From Bacteroidia bacterium (GTDB taxonomy: Bacteria; Bacteroidota; Bacteroidia; AKYH767-A; OLB10): a stretch of DNA of 64,000 nt. Below the pieces are notes generated by a model. The model was not told where the DNA came from. It ran no database searches and saw nothing but the letters and a program-made list of their open reading frames with translations. The stretch covers positions 930,341-994,340 of the forward strand of contig JAXLTL010000001.1 in assembly GCA_046330075.1 (NCBI GenBank). The letters run 5' to 3'. This document shows, piece after piece, positions 1 to 9,286 of the stretch. Made by a program: the position numbers and the translations under genes. Each line of letters opens with the position of its first letter. Position 1 is the first letter of the stretch.

Positions 1-296
1 GCAAGGCGCTCATTAAATGCAGAGGAGATGGAAATGCAGTATTTGAAATCCGCGACCTGTTCGTACAGATGAAATGCACACTTGTTGAACTCGAAGTCAT
101 CTCAGGATATGCACAGATGAACTGCAGCAACTTCAGCTATTTCCCGCCAGGATCACCATTTGCAAATAAAGGAAACGGCGGAGCCTGGAGCTTTACAAAC
201 GTATTTGAGAAGAATGCAGAGGTGAAATGGAAAACCGGTGCAGGTTACTCTCAACCGGTACCTGAACGTATCCGAAACATCAGAAAACTGATGTAA
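1..296 (+). CDS. hypothetical protein, 3' partial; the gene begins upstream of the window
   Basis: Frame 3 is open from the window edge to the TAA at 294-296. The ORF track gives 69..296. No recognisable domain. Confidence 0.3.
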   Translation, partial: KALIKCRGDGNAVFEIRDLFVQMKCTLVELEVISGYAQMNCSNFSYFPPGSPFANKGNGGAWSFTNVFEKNAEVKWKTGAGYSQPVPERIRNIRKLM

Positions 297-355
297 AAAT
301 GATATCAGTTTGACAAAAGAGCAGGATTTCAGGAGAGAACTCCGTTCTTCTTCCC

Positions 356-363
356 TATTTTTG
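356..363 (+). promoter_or_regulatory. putative Bacteroidota sigma-A -7 element (TAnnTTTG) upstream of the BNR gene
   Basis: TATTTTTG lies 18 nt upstream of the ATG at 381. No well-spaced -33 TTG was found. Confidence 0.25.
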
Positions 364-380
364 AGAGACACCACAAAACA

Positions 381-3074
381 ATGAATATGCGCTATATCAT
401 CACGGTATTGCTTGTCCTTTTTTTATCCGGACCATCCGGTTTCGCACAACAATATTTAAAAAACCGCCCCGACTCCGTTCGCTCCTTCCGTCAATTACAA
501 AGAGATTTTTACGAATGGAAAAAAGAAAAAAATATCAGCAAAATCCGTGGATGGAAATCCTTCAAACGTTTCGAACAGGAAGCACAAATGCATACCAACG
601 GGCATGGCGAGCAGGATGGTGTAGAAGCCTATCTCAACGCTATGATTCAGGCAGCAGCGGAAAAATCTTCAGCACGCTCTACCCTCGCGAGTGCGCCCTG
701 GTTTCCGGTGGGTCCTTATACCCTGCCCAACAACCTCACCGGCTACATGACGAATGGAATGGGGCGCGTGAACTGCATCGCTTTCGACCCGGTTAATCCT
801 GCGGTATTTTATATCGGTGTTGGCCAGGGCGGATTATGGAAAACAACCAACAACGGAATAAGCTATACCGCCCTCACCGATAATCTCCCTATCACCCGCA
901 TTTCAGATATTGCCATCGACCCCACAAACACAAATACACTCTACATTTCGCTCTGTGATTTTGAATACGTAGGCACCAGTCTGTTTACCAATGGACGGAA
1001 AAGAAACACACATTACGGACTCGGTGTTTACAAATCTACCGACGGCGGACTCACCTGGGCACCTACCGGATTAAGCTTCCAGTTGTCGAACGGTGATGCA
1101 TCACTGATCCGGAAAATTATTGTTGATCCTGCCAACAGTAACAACGTTGTTGCCTGTGGAGTAAGTGGCATGTACAAATCCCTGAATGGCGGAACAACAT
1201 TTACACAAATCAATGATTCACTATACTGGGATATGCTGCAGGATCCGGCAAACCCCAATGTACTATATGCTGCAACCGGATGGATCATGGTTGCCGGCAT
1301 AGGCAGTGCCAATATCTTCAAGTCAACCGACTTCGGCTCTACATGGACGTTATTAAACACCGGCATTCCGCCAACCGGTTCCGTACAACGCGTTAAACTG
1401 GCCCAATCGCACAGCAACCCTTCAATTCTCTATGCATTAGGTGTTGACACACAAGGTGGCTCCTATGCGGTATACAAATCAACCGACAGTGGAGTAACAT
1501 GGACCACTACTTTTTCGGGCATGAATATTCTGGGTTATGATGATGTCACCTCCCCTGGTGGCCAGGGCAACTACGATCTCGGATTAGCAGTAGATCCACA
1601 GAACCCTGACCGGCTGATTGCCGGCGGTGTCAATCTCTGGGTGTCGGACGACGGTGGTATTAATTTTAATCCTGCCAGCCACTGGACCACCAGCTATGGC
1701 CCATCCATTCACGCCGACATCCATGATATTAAATTCCATCCATCTACCGGATACCTCTATGTATGCAACGACGGTGGAGTAAACAGAACTCAAAATCTGA
1801 TACCGGAGTCATGGGTTAACCTGAACCTGGGCACCCAGTTTCAAACCATGTGGTCCAATCTCAGCAATGGAATGAACACCACCTCCTTTTATCGGATATC
1901 CTCTTCAAAAAGCAATACAGACGAACTCATTGCCGGTGCGCAGGACAACGCGACGTTTTATTTCGATGGTGCCAACTGGATGACAGTATTCGGGGGAGAT
2001 GGGATGGACAACCTGATGGACACCACACAACAGGGATATTTCATTGCTTCATCGCAATACGGAAATTTCAGTCAGACAACCGATGGCGGAAACAGTTTCA
2101 ACGGGATTTTTGCCAATGTAAACAACGAAAATGCAGAGTGGACTTCACCGATTGCAGGAGACCCTTCAGATCCGTTGACCATGTACTGCGGTTTTCAGAA
2201 TGTAACCGTTTCCTACGATGGCGGATTATTCTGGAACGCTACCACCTCCTTACCCCTGCCACCAAATTTTTATGGCAATGAACTTTCAGCACTTGCCGTA
2301 TCACCTGTGACAAGCGGCGTACTTTGGGCGGGACGAAGGGTCAGGTATGAATTCGCCAATCCGGCCGCACTCTTTCTCAGCACCAACGACGGACAGAGCT
2401 GGACCGATGTTACCTCCAACCTCCCCGACTCACTCTATTACACCTCCCTCGAAGCAGACCGGTTCAATGCTGCTGCCGCGTATGTTAGTATGGCTGGATT
2501 TGTTTCCGGCCAAAAAGTTTATAAAACCACTACTAACGGCAATGCATGGACGAACATTAGTTACAACCTGCCCAACATTCCCGTAAACTGCATCAAACAG
2601 ATTCCCGGAAAACAGGATTTACTCGCCGCTACTGACATCGGCATCTATCTGCTTCCTGCAGGCAGCACCAGCTGGATTAATGTCAGCACCGGACTTCCCA
2701 ACGTCATTGTAACTGACATTGAATTCAACATCACCCGCAACAAAGTATTCATCTCCACCTTCGGGCGGGGCATCTGGTCAACGGACCTCAGCCTGCTCAC
2801 CGGACTCACCCATCCCGAACAGGTGTTGCTGGATTTCCGCTTAACACCCACACTCAACAACGGTCATTTCAGCATCACCATAAATGAAGCTGTTACCACA
2901 CCCGCTTCACTGGAAATACTTGACGTTAGCGGAAAATGTATCGACAACCGATCACTCAGCAAGGGAACAACTGAAATTGGATTAAGCCTGCCCGGAGGCA
3001 CCTACTTCGCCCGACTCCGGAGTGAAAAGAAGTTAGGTGTAGCACGATTTATTGTTACCGATCCGGGTTTCTGA
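381..3074 (+). CDS. secreted BNR/Asp-box repeat protein (sortilin/GH74-like beta-propeller) with a T9SS C-terminal sorting domain
   Basis: Signal peptide MNMRYIITVLLVLFLSGPSGFAQ. Multiple S-x-D-x-G-x-T-W motifs (STDGGLTW, STDFGSTW, STDSGVTW, TNDGQSW). C-terminal ~80 aa resemble a Por secretion tail. Confidence 0.8.
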   Translation: MNMRYIITVLLVLFLSGPSGFAQQYLKNRPDSVRSFRQLQRDFYEWKKEKNISKIRGWKSFKRFEQEAQMHTNGHGEQDGVEAYLNAMIQAAAEKSSARSTLASAPWFPVGPYTLPNNLTGYMTNGMGRVNCIAFDPVNPAVFYIGVGQGGLWKTTNNGISYTALTDNLPITRISDIAIDPTNTNTLYISLCDFEYVGTSLFTNGRKRNTHYGLGVYKSTDGGLTWAPTGLSFQLSNGDASLIRKIIVDPANSNNVVACGVSGMYKSLNGGTTFTQINDSLYWDMLQDPANPNVLYAATGWIMVAGIGSANIFKSTDFGSTWTLLNTGIPPTGSVQRVKLAQSHSNPSILYALGVDTQGGSYAVYKSTDSGVTWTTTFSGMNILGYDDVTSPGGQGNYDLGLAVDPQNPDRLIAGGVNLWVSDDGGINFNPASHWTTSYGPSIHADIHDIKFHPSTGYLYVCNDGGVNRTQNLIPESWVNLNLGTQFQTMWSNLSNGMNTTSFYRISSSKSNTDELIAGAQDNATFYFDGANWMTVFGGDGMDNLMDTTQQGYFIASSQYGNFSQTTDGGNSFNGIFANVNNENAEWTSPIAGDPSDPLTMYCGFQNVTVSYDGGLFWNATTSLPLPPNFYGNELSALAVSPVTSGVLWAGRRVRYEFANPAALFLSTNDGQSWTDVTSNLPDSLYYTSLEADRFNAAAAYVSMAGFVSGQKVYKTTTNGNAWTNISYNLPNIPVNCIKQIPGKQDLLAATDIGIYLLPAGSTSWINVSTGLPNVIVTDIEFNITRNKVFISTFGRGIWSTDLSLLTGLTHPEQVLLDFRLTPTLNNGHFSITINEAVTTPASLEILDVSGKCIDNRSLSKGTTEIGLSLPGGTYFARLRSEKKLGVARFIVTDPGF

Positions 3075-3190
3075 GGCCAAGCTCTAGTCCAACCCCCTCT
3101 TTTACAATACGCTATATAAAATAATAGAGAGCAAACCTCCTTATTTTAGAATATTTATCTGATTTGCTACCTTTGCAGCGCTCAAAAGCA

Positions 3191-3265
<75 letters not shown>

Positions 3266-3266
3266 A

Positions 3267-3300
3267 AAAGCCCTCCTATGCTTTAGCATCGGAGGGCTTT
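3267..3300 (+). terminator. hairpin immediately 3' of the tRNA (AAAGCCCTCC...GGAGGGCTTT)
   Basis: A 10-bp perfect stem followed by a T-containing tract. Its 3' arm is also the start of the downstream repeat unit. Confidence 0.4.
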
Positions 3301-3866
3301 GTCATTAAAAACATAGAGCGCTTGCATGCCCCGAAAGTTTTCGGGGAAGAGGTCACCGGGCGCTCTTCGCTCCGGATTGCTATCCACTAATTCTGCCCTC
3401 TGATCCTAAACTTATAGAGGGCTTTGTCATTAAAAACATAGAGCGCTTGCATGCCCCGAAAGTTTTCGGGGAAGAGGTCACCGGGCGCTCTTCGCTCCGA
3501 ATCACCATTCACTAATTCTGCCCTCCGATCCTAATCTTATTGAGGGCTTTGTCATTTATATAACATGTTTTACGTTTATTTCATTTACTCAGCACGTTTA
3601 GATCGATATTATGTCGGTTACACATCTGACCTTCAGAAGAGATTGAATGATCATAATTGTGGAATTTCTGCATTTACATCTAAGTCTAAGGACTGGGTAC
3701 TGGTGTATCAGGAAGCTTTTGAATCTCGAGAAGAGGCCGCTGAAAGAGAACGAATCATTAAAAAGAAAAAAAGCAGGAAGTATCTCGAATGGCTCATTGC
3801 AGGGAATAATTCATAGAGCGCTTGCATGCCCCGAAAGCTTTCGGGGAAGAGGTCACCCCTTCCGGC
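3294..3866 (+). repeat. tandem tRNA-Ala-derived repeats: two complete 125-bp units (3294-3418, 3419-3543) and a third unit split by the GIY-YIG ORF
   Basis: Each unit reads GGGCTTTGTCATT..CATAGAGCGCTTGCATG + hairpin CCCCGAAAG(T/C)TTTCGGGG + AAGAGGTCACCGG..ATTCTGCC. This mimics the D-stem, anticodon stem, T-arm and acceptor 3' of the adjacent tRNA-Ala, with the anticodon loop replaced by a new hairpin. Confidence 0.65.
3565..3816 (+). CDS. GIY-YIG nuclease family protein (URI domain, COG2827/UPF0213-like)
   Basis: N-terminal FYVYFIYSARLDRYYVGYTSDLQKRLNDHN matches the GIY-x10-YIG motif plus the conserved R and N. It is 83 aa. The ORF starts and stops exactly at repeat-unit junctions. Confidence 0.75.
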   Translation: MFYVYFIYSARLDRYYVGYTSDLQKRLNDHNCGISAFTSKSKDWVLVYQEAFESREEAAERERIIKKKKSRKYLEWLIAGNNS

Positions 3867-3987
3867 AGGCAGGCAGGATTTGTTACATTCTACATCGCCT
3901 CCTACAACCACTGATTTGCACGGTTGGTTATGATGGGTTATGTTCAAACATGACTGTTCATTTGAGGTGATTTTTTATCTTTGAAAG

Positions 3988-5511
3988 ATGGGTTACTTCC
4001 GCTACTTGTTTTTATTGATGATTTTGCTGCCGGGATCAGCAACAGCACAGTATAATGGTAATTACTGGTGTTTTGGGGATAGTGTTATGATAAATTGGAG
4101 TAACCCTAACAACCCTGTAATTGGGGCTTCTTCTTTTGATTTCCGAAACGGATCATCAAGTATTGCTGATTCTAACGGCATACTTTTATATACAGGTTAT
4201 AATTACAATGTTCAACCAGTCAGACCCTCGGTTTGGAACAAATATAATAATGATATAAATGATTCAATACGGATCAAAGGTGGCCTTTGGTATCATGCCA
4301 GTTTATTTGTACCTGATCCTGGAAATGATTCAATTATTTATTTATTTACAATTGGTGTTACTCAAGCTGAACAGTACGGTCTATACTACTCCAAAATCAA
4401 CTATAAAGCGAACAATGATTCAGGAATAGTCATTCAGAAAAATGTGCAGCTCAATAATTTTCCTGCCTTTGACGCACTCATGTCCGTGCGGCATGGTAAC
4501 GGTAGAGACTGGTGGGTGATATTTCAGAGATATACAACCAGCCTTACCCCATTTAATTCATTTTACCTTTTTCTTGTTTCGCCATCTGGTATTTCAGGTC
4601 CTGCAATTCAGAATATTGGTTCATTACGTAAAACCGGCGGCGGGCATCTGATTTTTAATAGTGATGGTACTCAATTTGTGCAATGCTCTTGGTTAGGTAT
4701 GATCGAACTCTACAATTTCGATCGCTGTACAGGTACCATCACTTCCACCATCCCTATTGAACAAGAACCATCTGTAGCTCCCTACCCACATTGGTATTCC
4801 AGCTGTGCTTTTTCACCAGATGATTCGAAATTATATGTAGCAGACTATTCGCAAACCACTTCACCATCTTATTTATGGCAATATGATTTATTAGCTACGA
4901 ATGTACCTGCGAGCAAAACCTTGATTGATTCATTTGTTGATCCTGATATGGGAATAGCGCAACTTCGCTTGGCCCCCGATAATAAAATATATTTATCAGC
5001 CTCAGATGAAGGTTTTCCATGGCCTTACCCAGATACCATCACCGCCTACACCACCATCAACAACAACCTCAGTGTTATCAACCACCCGGATAGCCTGGGT
5101 GCTGCCTGCGATTTTCAACCCTTCAGCTTTTCCCTCGGTGGTGCCCGCACCTACTACGGCCTTCCCAACAACCCCGATTACGAGTTGGGGGCTTGGGTAG
5201 GTAGTCCTTGTGATACGCTAACTGTGGGCCTCACCCCCGGCCCATCAGAGGAGAAGGGAGCATGGATGCAGGCATGGTATAACCACGAATGGAACATGAT
5301 TCACGTCAACGCGGCGCAGTTGAAAGGGAAGAAAGGTGTGTTGCGGTTGTTTGATATCGAAGGAAGAATCGTTTTCGAAAAACCGGCGGAGGTGGTGGCG
5401 GGTGGGTATTATACGACGGAGATTTATATGAATGAGTTGTCAAGTGGGGTTTATGTCGTCAACCTGGTCACGGATCGGGAGACGTTGTCGTTTAAGACTA
5501 GTAAATACTAG
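3988..5511 (+). CDS. secreted T9SS cargo protein, paralog A of a 3-member family (conserved N-terminal WCFGDS motif plus T9SS CTD)
   Basis: Signal peptide MGYFRYLFLLMILLPGSATAQ. The C-terminal ~115 aa are about 90% nucleotide-identical to 9287..10837 and 39123..40664, ending GVYVVNLVTDRETLSFKTSKY. Confidence 0.75.
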   Translation: MGYFRYLFLLMILLPGSATAQYNGNYWCFGDSVMINWSNPNNPVIGASSFDFRNGSSSIADSNGILLYTGYNYNVQPVRPSVWNKYNNDINDSIRIKGGLWYHASLFVPDPGNDSIIYLFTIGVTQAEQYGLYYSKINYKANNDSGIVIQKNVQLNNFPAFDALMSVRHGNGRDWWVIFQRYTTSLTPFNSFYLFLVSPSGISGPAIQNIGSLRKTGGGHLIFNSDGTQFVQCSWLGMIELYNFDRCTGTITSTIPIEQEPSVAPYPHWYSSCAFSPDDSKLYVADYSQTTSPSYLWQYDLLATNVPASKTLIDSFVDPDMGIAQLRLAPDNKIYLSASDEGFPWPYPDTITAYTTINNNLSVINHPDSLGAACDFQPFSFSLGGARTYYGLPNNPDYELGAWVGSPCDTLTVGLTPGPSEEKGAWMQAWYNHEWNMIHVNAAQLKGKKGVLRLFDIEGRIVFEKPAEVVAGGYYTTEIYMNELSSGVYVVNLVTDRETLSFKTSKY

Positions 5512-5536
5512 TTACAAGAGCATTTGTTGGTTTAAC

Positions 5537-5556
5537 CCTGCCTGCCGGCAGGCAGG
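5537..5556 (+). promoter_or_regulatory. perfect 20-bp palindrome CCTGCCTGCCGGCAGGCAGG in the 3' UTR shared by the CTD genes
   Basis: The identical palindrome and the following CGCAGCGAAAACGGCGACTCGCAACG recur at 11867-11912. A variant sits at 3871-3890. There is no T-tract, so it is not a canonical terminator. Confidence 0.35.
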
Positions 5557-5583
5557 CGCAGCGAAAACGGCGACTCGCAACGT

Positions 5584-7035
5584 CCCGATAGCTATCGCAT
5601 TGGCGTTAAGCTAAGCCGATTACTTTTCAACTCAAACTTCTTGATAATTAGCTTGGTATTAGAATAAAAAAGGCTTCCCCTTTGCATAATTATGTTGCGC
5701 TAACAAACTCTAACATGCGCACGGGAAGCCAAAACAAATATATGCAACATGACTTGAATTCAAAGTTAAAGTTGCTAGGTATCACAAAACTGGAGAGAGA
5801 ATTGGGTTTTAGAAAACGACGTACAGGCAAGATCAGATTGCAAGCACTTGTTGAAAGTTTTTATAAGTCATGTTTTCGGAGTAAATTTTCATTGTCAAGC
5901 TGGGCTTTTCAGTTGTCGGCTCAGGAAGGACTCTGCATTAGCAAGCAAGCTGTCTTTTACAGGGTCAATAGTTCATTAACTAAATTATTGGAAAGACTGC
6001 TCAACAATGCACTCGTTGCACAGATAAAGCCGAGCCAGACTTCACAGAATAGCAGATTTAAAAATGTATATATCCAGGATGGAATGGCAATTAAGTTGCC
6101 GGACAATTTAAGTACAAAATACAAAGGAAATTACTCGCGCGGCAAGATAAAAGCGGTAGCGAAATTGCAAGTAATTTATAATGCCAGTAAACGAAATTTT
6201 AAATCTATTCTGCTAACTCCTTTCACAAGAAATGACCAGACAGCCTCATCCGACATATTGCCGTTACTAAAGAAGGGAGATTTGGTCATACGCGATATGG
6301 GATATTTTGTAATGCCCACCTTTAGACAAATCGTACAACGTAAGGCAGACTTCATCAGTCGATATAAAAAAGATGTGGCCATAATTGATTTAAAGAGTAA
6401 GCAGGCGGTGTCAATAATACAATTATTGAGAGGAAAAACGGTTTTGAAACGAAAAGTTATTCTTGGTGCAAAAGAACAGCTTGAATGCACGTTGATAGCG
6501 GTTAAGGTAGCTCCATGTTTGGCGGAGGCAAGACGAAGAAAAGCCATGAAAGATCGTGATAAGCGACTAAGGTATACCCAGGATAAAAAAATATTGCTTG
6601 GATGGGATATTTATCTGAGTTCTTCACATGATCTGGACGTAAAAGACGTTCAAGATTATTATGCAGCTCGTTGGCAAATAGAGATCATTTTTAAGTCTTG
6701 GAAAAGTGGTTTGAGTTTAGAGAAGTCCATTCCGGGTCAACTGAATTATGATCACTTAGCGGTAACAGTTATCTATCTTCATTTGTTACTGATTGTACTT
6801 ATGATTACGCCCATATACAACACCTTGAAATCACTTATACGTAGGCCCGAAGATAGAGTAAGCCTCTTGAAATCAGTTAAAATCATCTTAATGATGATCA
6901 TTAACAATCGAATACAATTTGACTTAAATGTTGCCTCTAAATTGGCCAACTTTACTCTTTATGAAGTTAGGAACCGGGACACGATGGCAGATAAACTGAG
7001 GATTTTAGCTTAACGCTAATGCGATAGCTATCGGG
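5584..7035 (+). mobile_element. IS4/IS5-superfamily insertion sequence (~1.45 kb) with 28-bp terminal inverted repeats
   Basis: IRL 5584-5611 CCCGATAGCTATCGCATTGGCGTTAAGC and IRR 7008-7035 are reverse complements with 1 mismatch. They flank a single DDE transposase ORF. No clear target-site duplication. Confidence 0.8.
5682..7013 (+). CDS. IS4-like DDE transposase
   Basis: Motif DYYAARWQIEIIFKSWK fits the Y(2)R(3)E(6)K IS4 signature. Candidate catalytic D residues lie in YIQDGMAIKLPD and LVIRDMGYF. The stop codon lies inside IRR. Confidence 0.8.
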   Translation: MHNYVALTNSNMRTGSQNKYMQHDLNSKLKLLGITKLERELGFRKRRTGKIRLQALVESFYKSCFRSKFSLSSWAFQLSAQEGLCISKQAVFYRVNSSLTKLLERLLNNALVAQIKPSQTSQNSRFKNVYIQDGMAIKLPDNLSTKYKGNYSRGKIKAVAKLQVIYNASKRNFKSILLTPFTRNDQTASSDILPLLKKGDLVIRDMGYFVMPTFRQIVQRKADFISRYKKDVAIIDLKSKQAVSIIQLLRGKTVLKRKVILGAKEQLECTLIAVKVAPCLAEARRRKAMKDRDKRLRYTQDKKILLGWDIYLSSSHDLDVKDVQDYYAARWQIEIIFKSWKSGLSLEKSIPGQLNYDHLAVTVIYLHLLLIVLMITPIYNTLKSLIRRPEDRVSLLKSVKIILMMIINNRIQFDLNVASKLANFTLYEVRNRDTMADKLRILA

Positions 7036-7179
7036 AGCAGAGAAATCTTCATAACATTAAAAACATTTTAACCATTTAACACTTTAACTCCCGCCTTACG
7101 GGATTAACATTTATAATACTTATAACCTTCCCCCTACGGTAACCTCAGTTTAATTCAGGATTTTTCTTAAATTTGATTG

Positions 7180-9279
7180 ATGCTCCTCCGCTCCAACACC
7201 TTCACCTCCTCCGGCGGCTATTTGCTGGCACCCTACAATACCGTTCACAAATTTGCGGCTATCGTGCTGGATGATGTGGAAAGGGTGGTGATTGGGGATA
7301 GTTCGCTGGATGGGTCGGTGAGTGCGAATTTGTTTGAAAACTCAAATTTTGGAATCAGAGCAAATAAATCGAGTTTTGAACTTTACAATAATACCTTCAA
7401 TAACATCACTGAATTGGATGGTTCGGCACTGCCAGTTGATCGAAATGGGACTTGCGTATTTAATCGTTCTGCCAGTGATTATAATGACCGTAAACTCATT
7501 GTAGGAAATCTGGATTATACATTGACTTCTCCAGCTGTGTCCCGAAGAAATAGTTTCACAAACTCACGTACAGCAATTTTCAGTATTGGCGAGTCAAACA
7601 TAACCATCTATAACAATGAGTTTGGTTCTCCTGTCAGCAACCAGAATTTCATTGAACAGAATTGTGTTTCAATTTTCAACAATCCAAACAAATCCATTAA
7701 CATTAGCAGGGAAAATGATTTCTACGATTACAGGCTTGGTATTTTGATCAGAGGTCTTAACGATCAAACCCAAATAGACATAAGTAAGAATAGTTTTTAC
7801 AATTGTCGTCTGACCGCACCCGTAGCCAATTTCGACGGTACCGCCATTTTAGTAACATCCGTTCTTCCTGTCAACCGTATGCTGGATGCCCGGATCCACA
7901 ATAATCAAATCGGCATTTTGGATGGCTCGAACTATTACCAGCCCCGAATAGGTATCCATATTGCCAATACGGGTGGGGTGAAGATTGAAGAGAACGAAAT
8001 CCGATTTAATCTTACTTCAGTTCCCGGTGACCTATATAGGGGCATCAGATTAGAATCTGCTCCGGAATGTGTAGTATCAACTAATACAATTGAAAACACA
8101 GGGACTGTATCTTTGATCGGCAATCAATTGGTAGGAATACGGACGGATCAGTCATCTATGCCAATAATAAAATGCAACACGTTGGTCAGATTAGGACAAT
8201 CGTTGCAGTTTGTGAATAGTAACGATTATGTATCATTGATCTCAAATTTTTTAAATGGTTATGATTTAGGGGTTCAGTTAGGTGATGGTGGCGCAGGTAC
8301 TTTCATTGGAGACTTTCAAGGTGCGCCTGGCATTGGATTAGATAATCTCTGGATGGACAGTCAGAATGACCGGGTGGAAGGATTTTTATCGAATTTCTCA
8401 CCTATGCCATGGTACCATCACGGGTCTGAAATCTTCAGCAACAATGGAGCCCCGGTTAGATCCGACAATTCAAGTTCAGGTTCGATTGATCCAATTGGAA
8501 ACCAGCCAGCATATCTTGATCAACCTTGCGGCGATGATAACTCAACGGAAAGGAGTACGGGTTTTGGCTCTATTGCTGCCGATACTGCCCGCTATGAAGG
8601 CCCATATGCGGATCAATTTCTATATACTCGAAAAGCTACCGCATTCTCCTATCTGATGGCTGATACCGGGAGAATTACCATGGGACGCAGTGATGATCAG
8701 GTATTTGAAAAACTTATCAATGATCTTTCCATTTCGAATATTGGAAAGTTCGATGCAATTATTAAACTATCACAAATCGACAGATGGAATGAAGCCAATG
8801 AAATATTGAGTACAATCAACGATACCAATAATCATGAATACTATTTGAAGCAGGTGCTTTCAATTCTAATTGAAACAGCAATAGAAGAACGTGAACTTAA
8901 TAGCAGCGACACCAACTTACTTTTTGAAATTGCCCATTTGCATTCAATGGAAGGAGGTCTCGCAGTGAAAATCGCAAGGGTGGCATTGCAACTGGAGTTG
9001 GAAGACATTGGCAGCGGCAGCAGATTGTATTCACAACTAGAAGACAAATCTTTGCCGGAAATAACGCTCTGGCCGAATCCGGTACGCAGCACAATAAATA
9101 TTAACCGGCACGAAACTTTCAGGTATCAGATTTATGATGCAGCAATGCGATTGGTTTTAAGTGGTGAAAAGAAGGATGGGATGATTAATGTGGAGGTTCT
9201 TGCGAATGGGTATTATTCTCTAATTGTCACAGACAAAGAAAGAAGGTATAAGCCACTTGGGTTTTGCAAAATAGATTAA
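7180..9279 (+). pseudogene. right-handed parallel beta-helix repeat protein with a T9SS CTD that lacks a signal peptide; probably a 5'-truncated cargo gene
   Basis: N/G-rich imperfect repeats typical of a pectin-lyase-like beta-helix. C-terminal ...YYSLIVTDKERRYKPLGFCKID matches a Por secretion tail. An in-frame TGA sits at 7174-7176 and the N-terminus MLLRSNTFTSSGG is not a signal peptide. The gene lies 145 bp downstream of the IS4 element. Confidence 0.55.
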
Positions 9280-9286
9280 TGAAACC

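Noticed and set aside
515-2860. Several 60-140 aa ORFs inside or antisense to the BNR-repeat gene (515..796, 1028..1417, 1850..2281, 2347..2586, 2645..2860)
   Set aside because: They are wholly embedded in a long, well-supported CDS. They are Arg/Cys-rich off-frame translations typical of spurious ORFs.
3315-3500. Additional functional tRNA genes in the repeat units
   Set aside because: The units keep the D, anticodon-stem and T-arm segments but lack a 5' acceptor strand and have the anticodon loop replaced by a hairpin. They cannot form a cloverleaf, so they are tRNA-derived repeats, not tRNAs.
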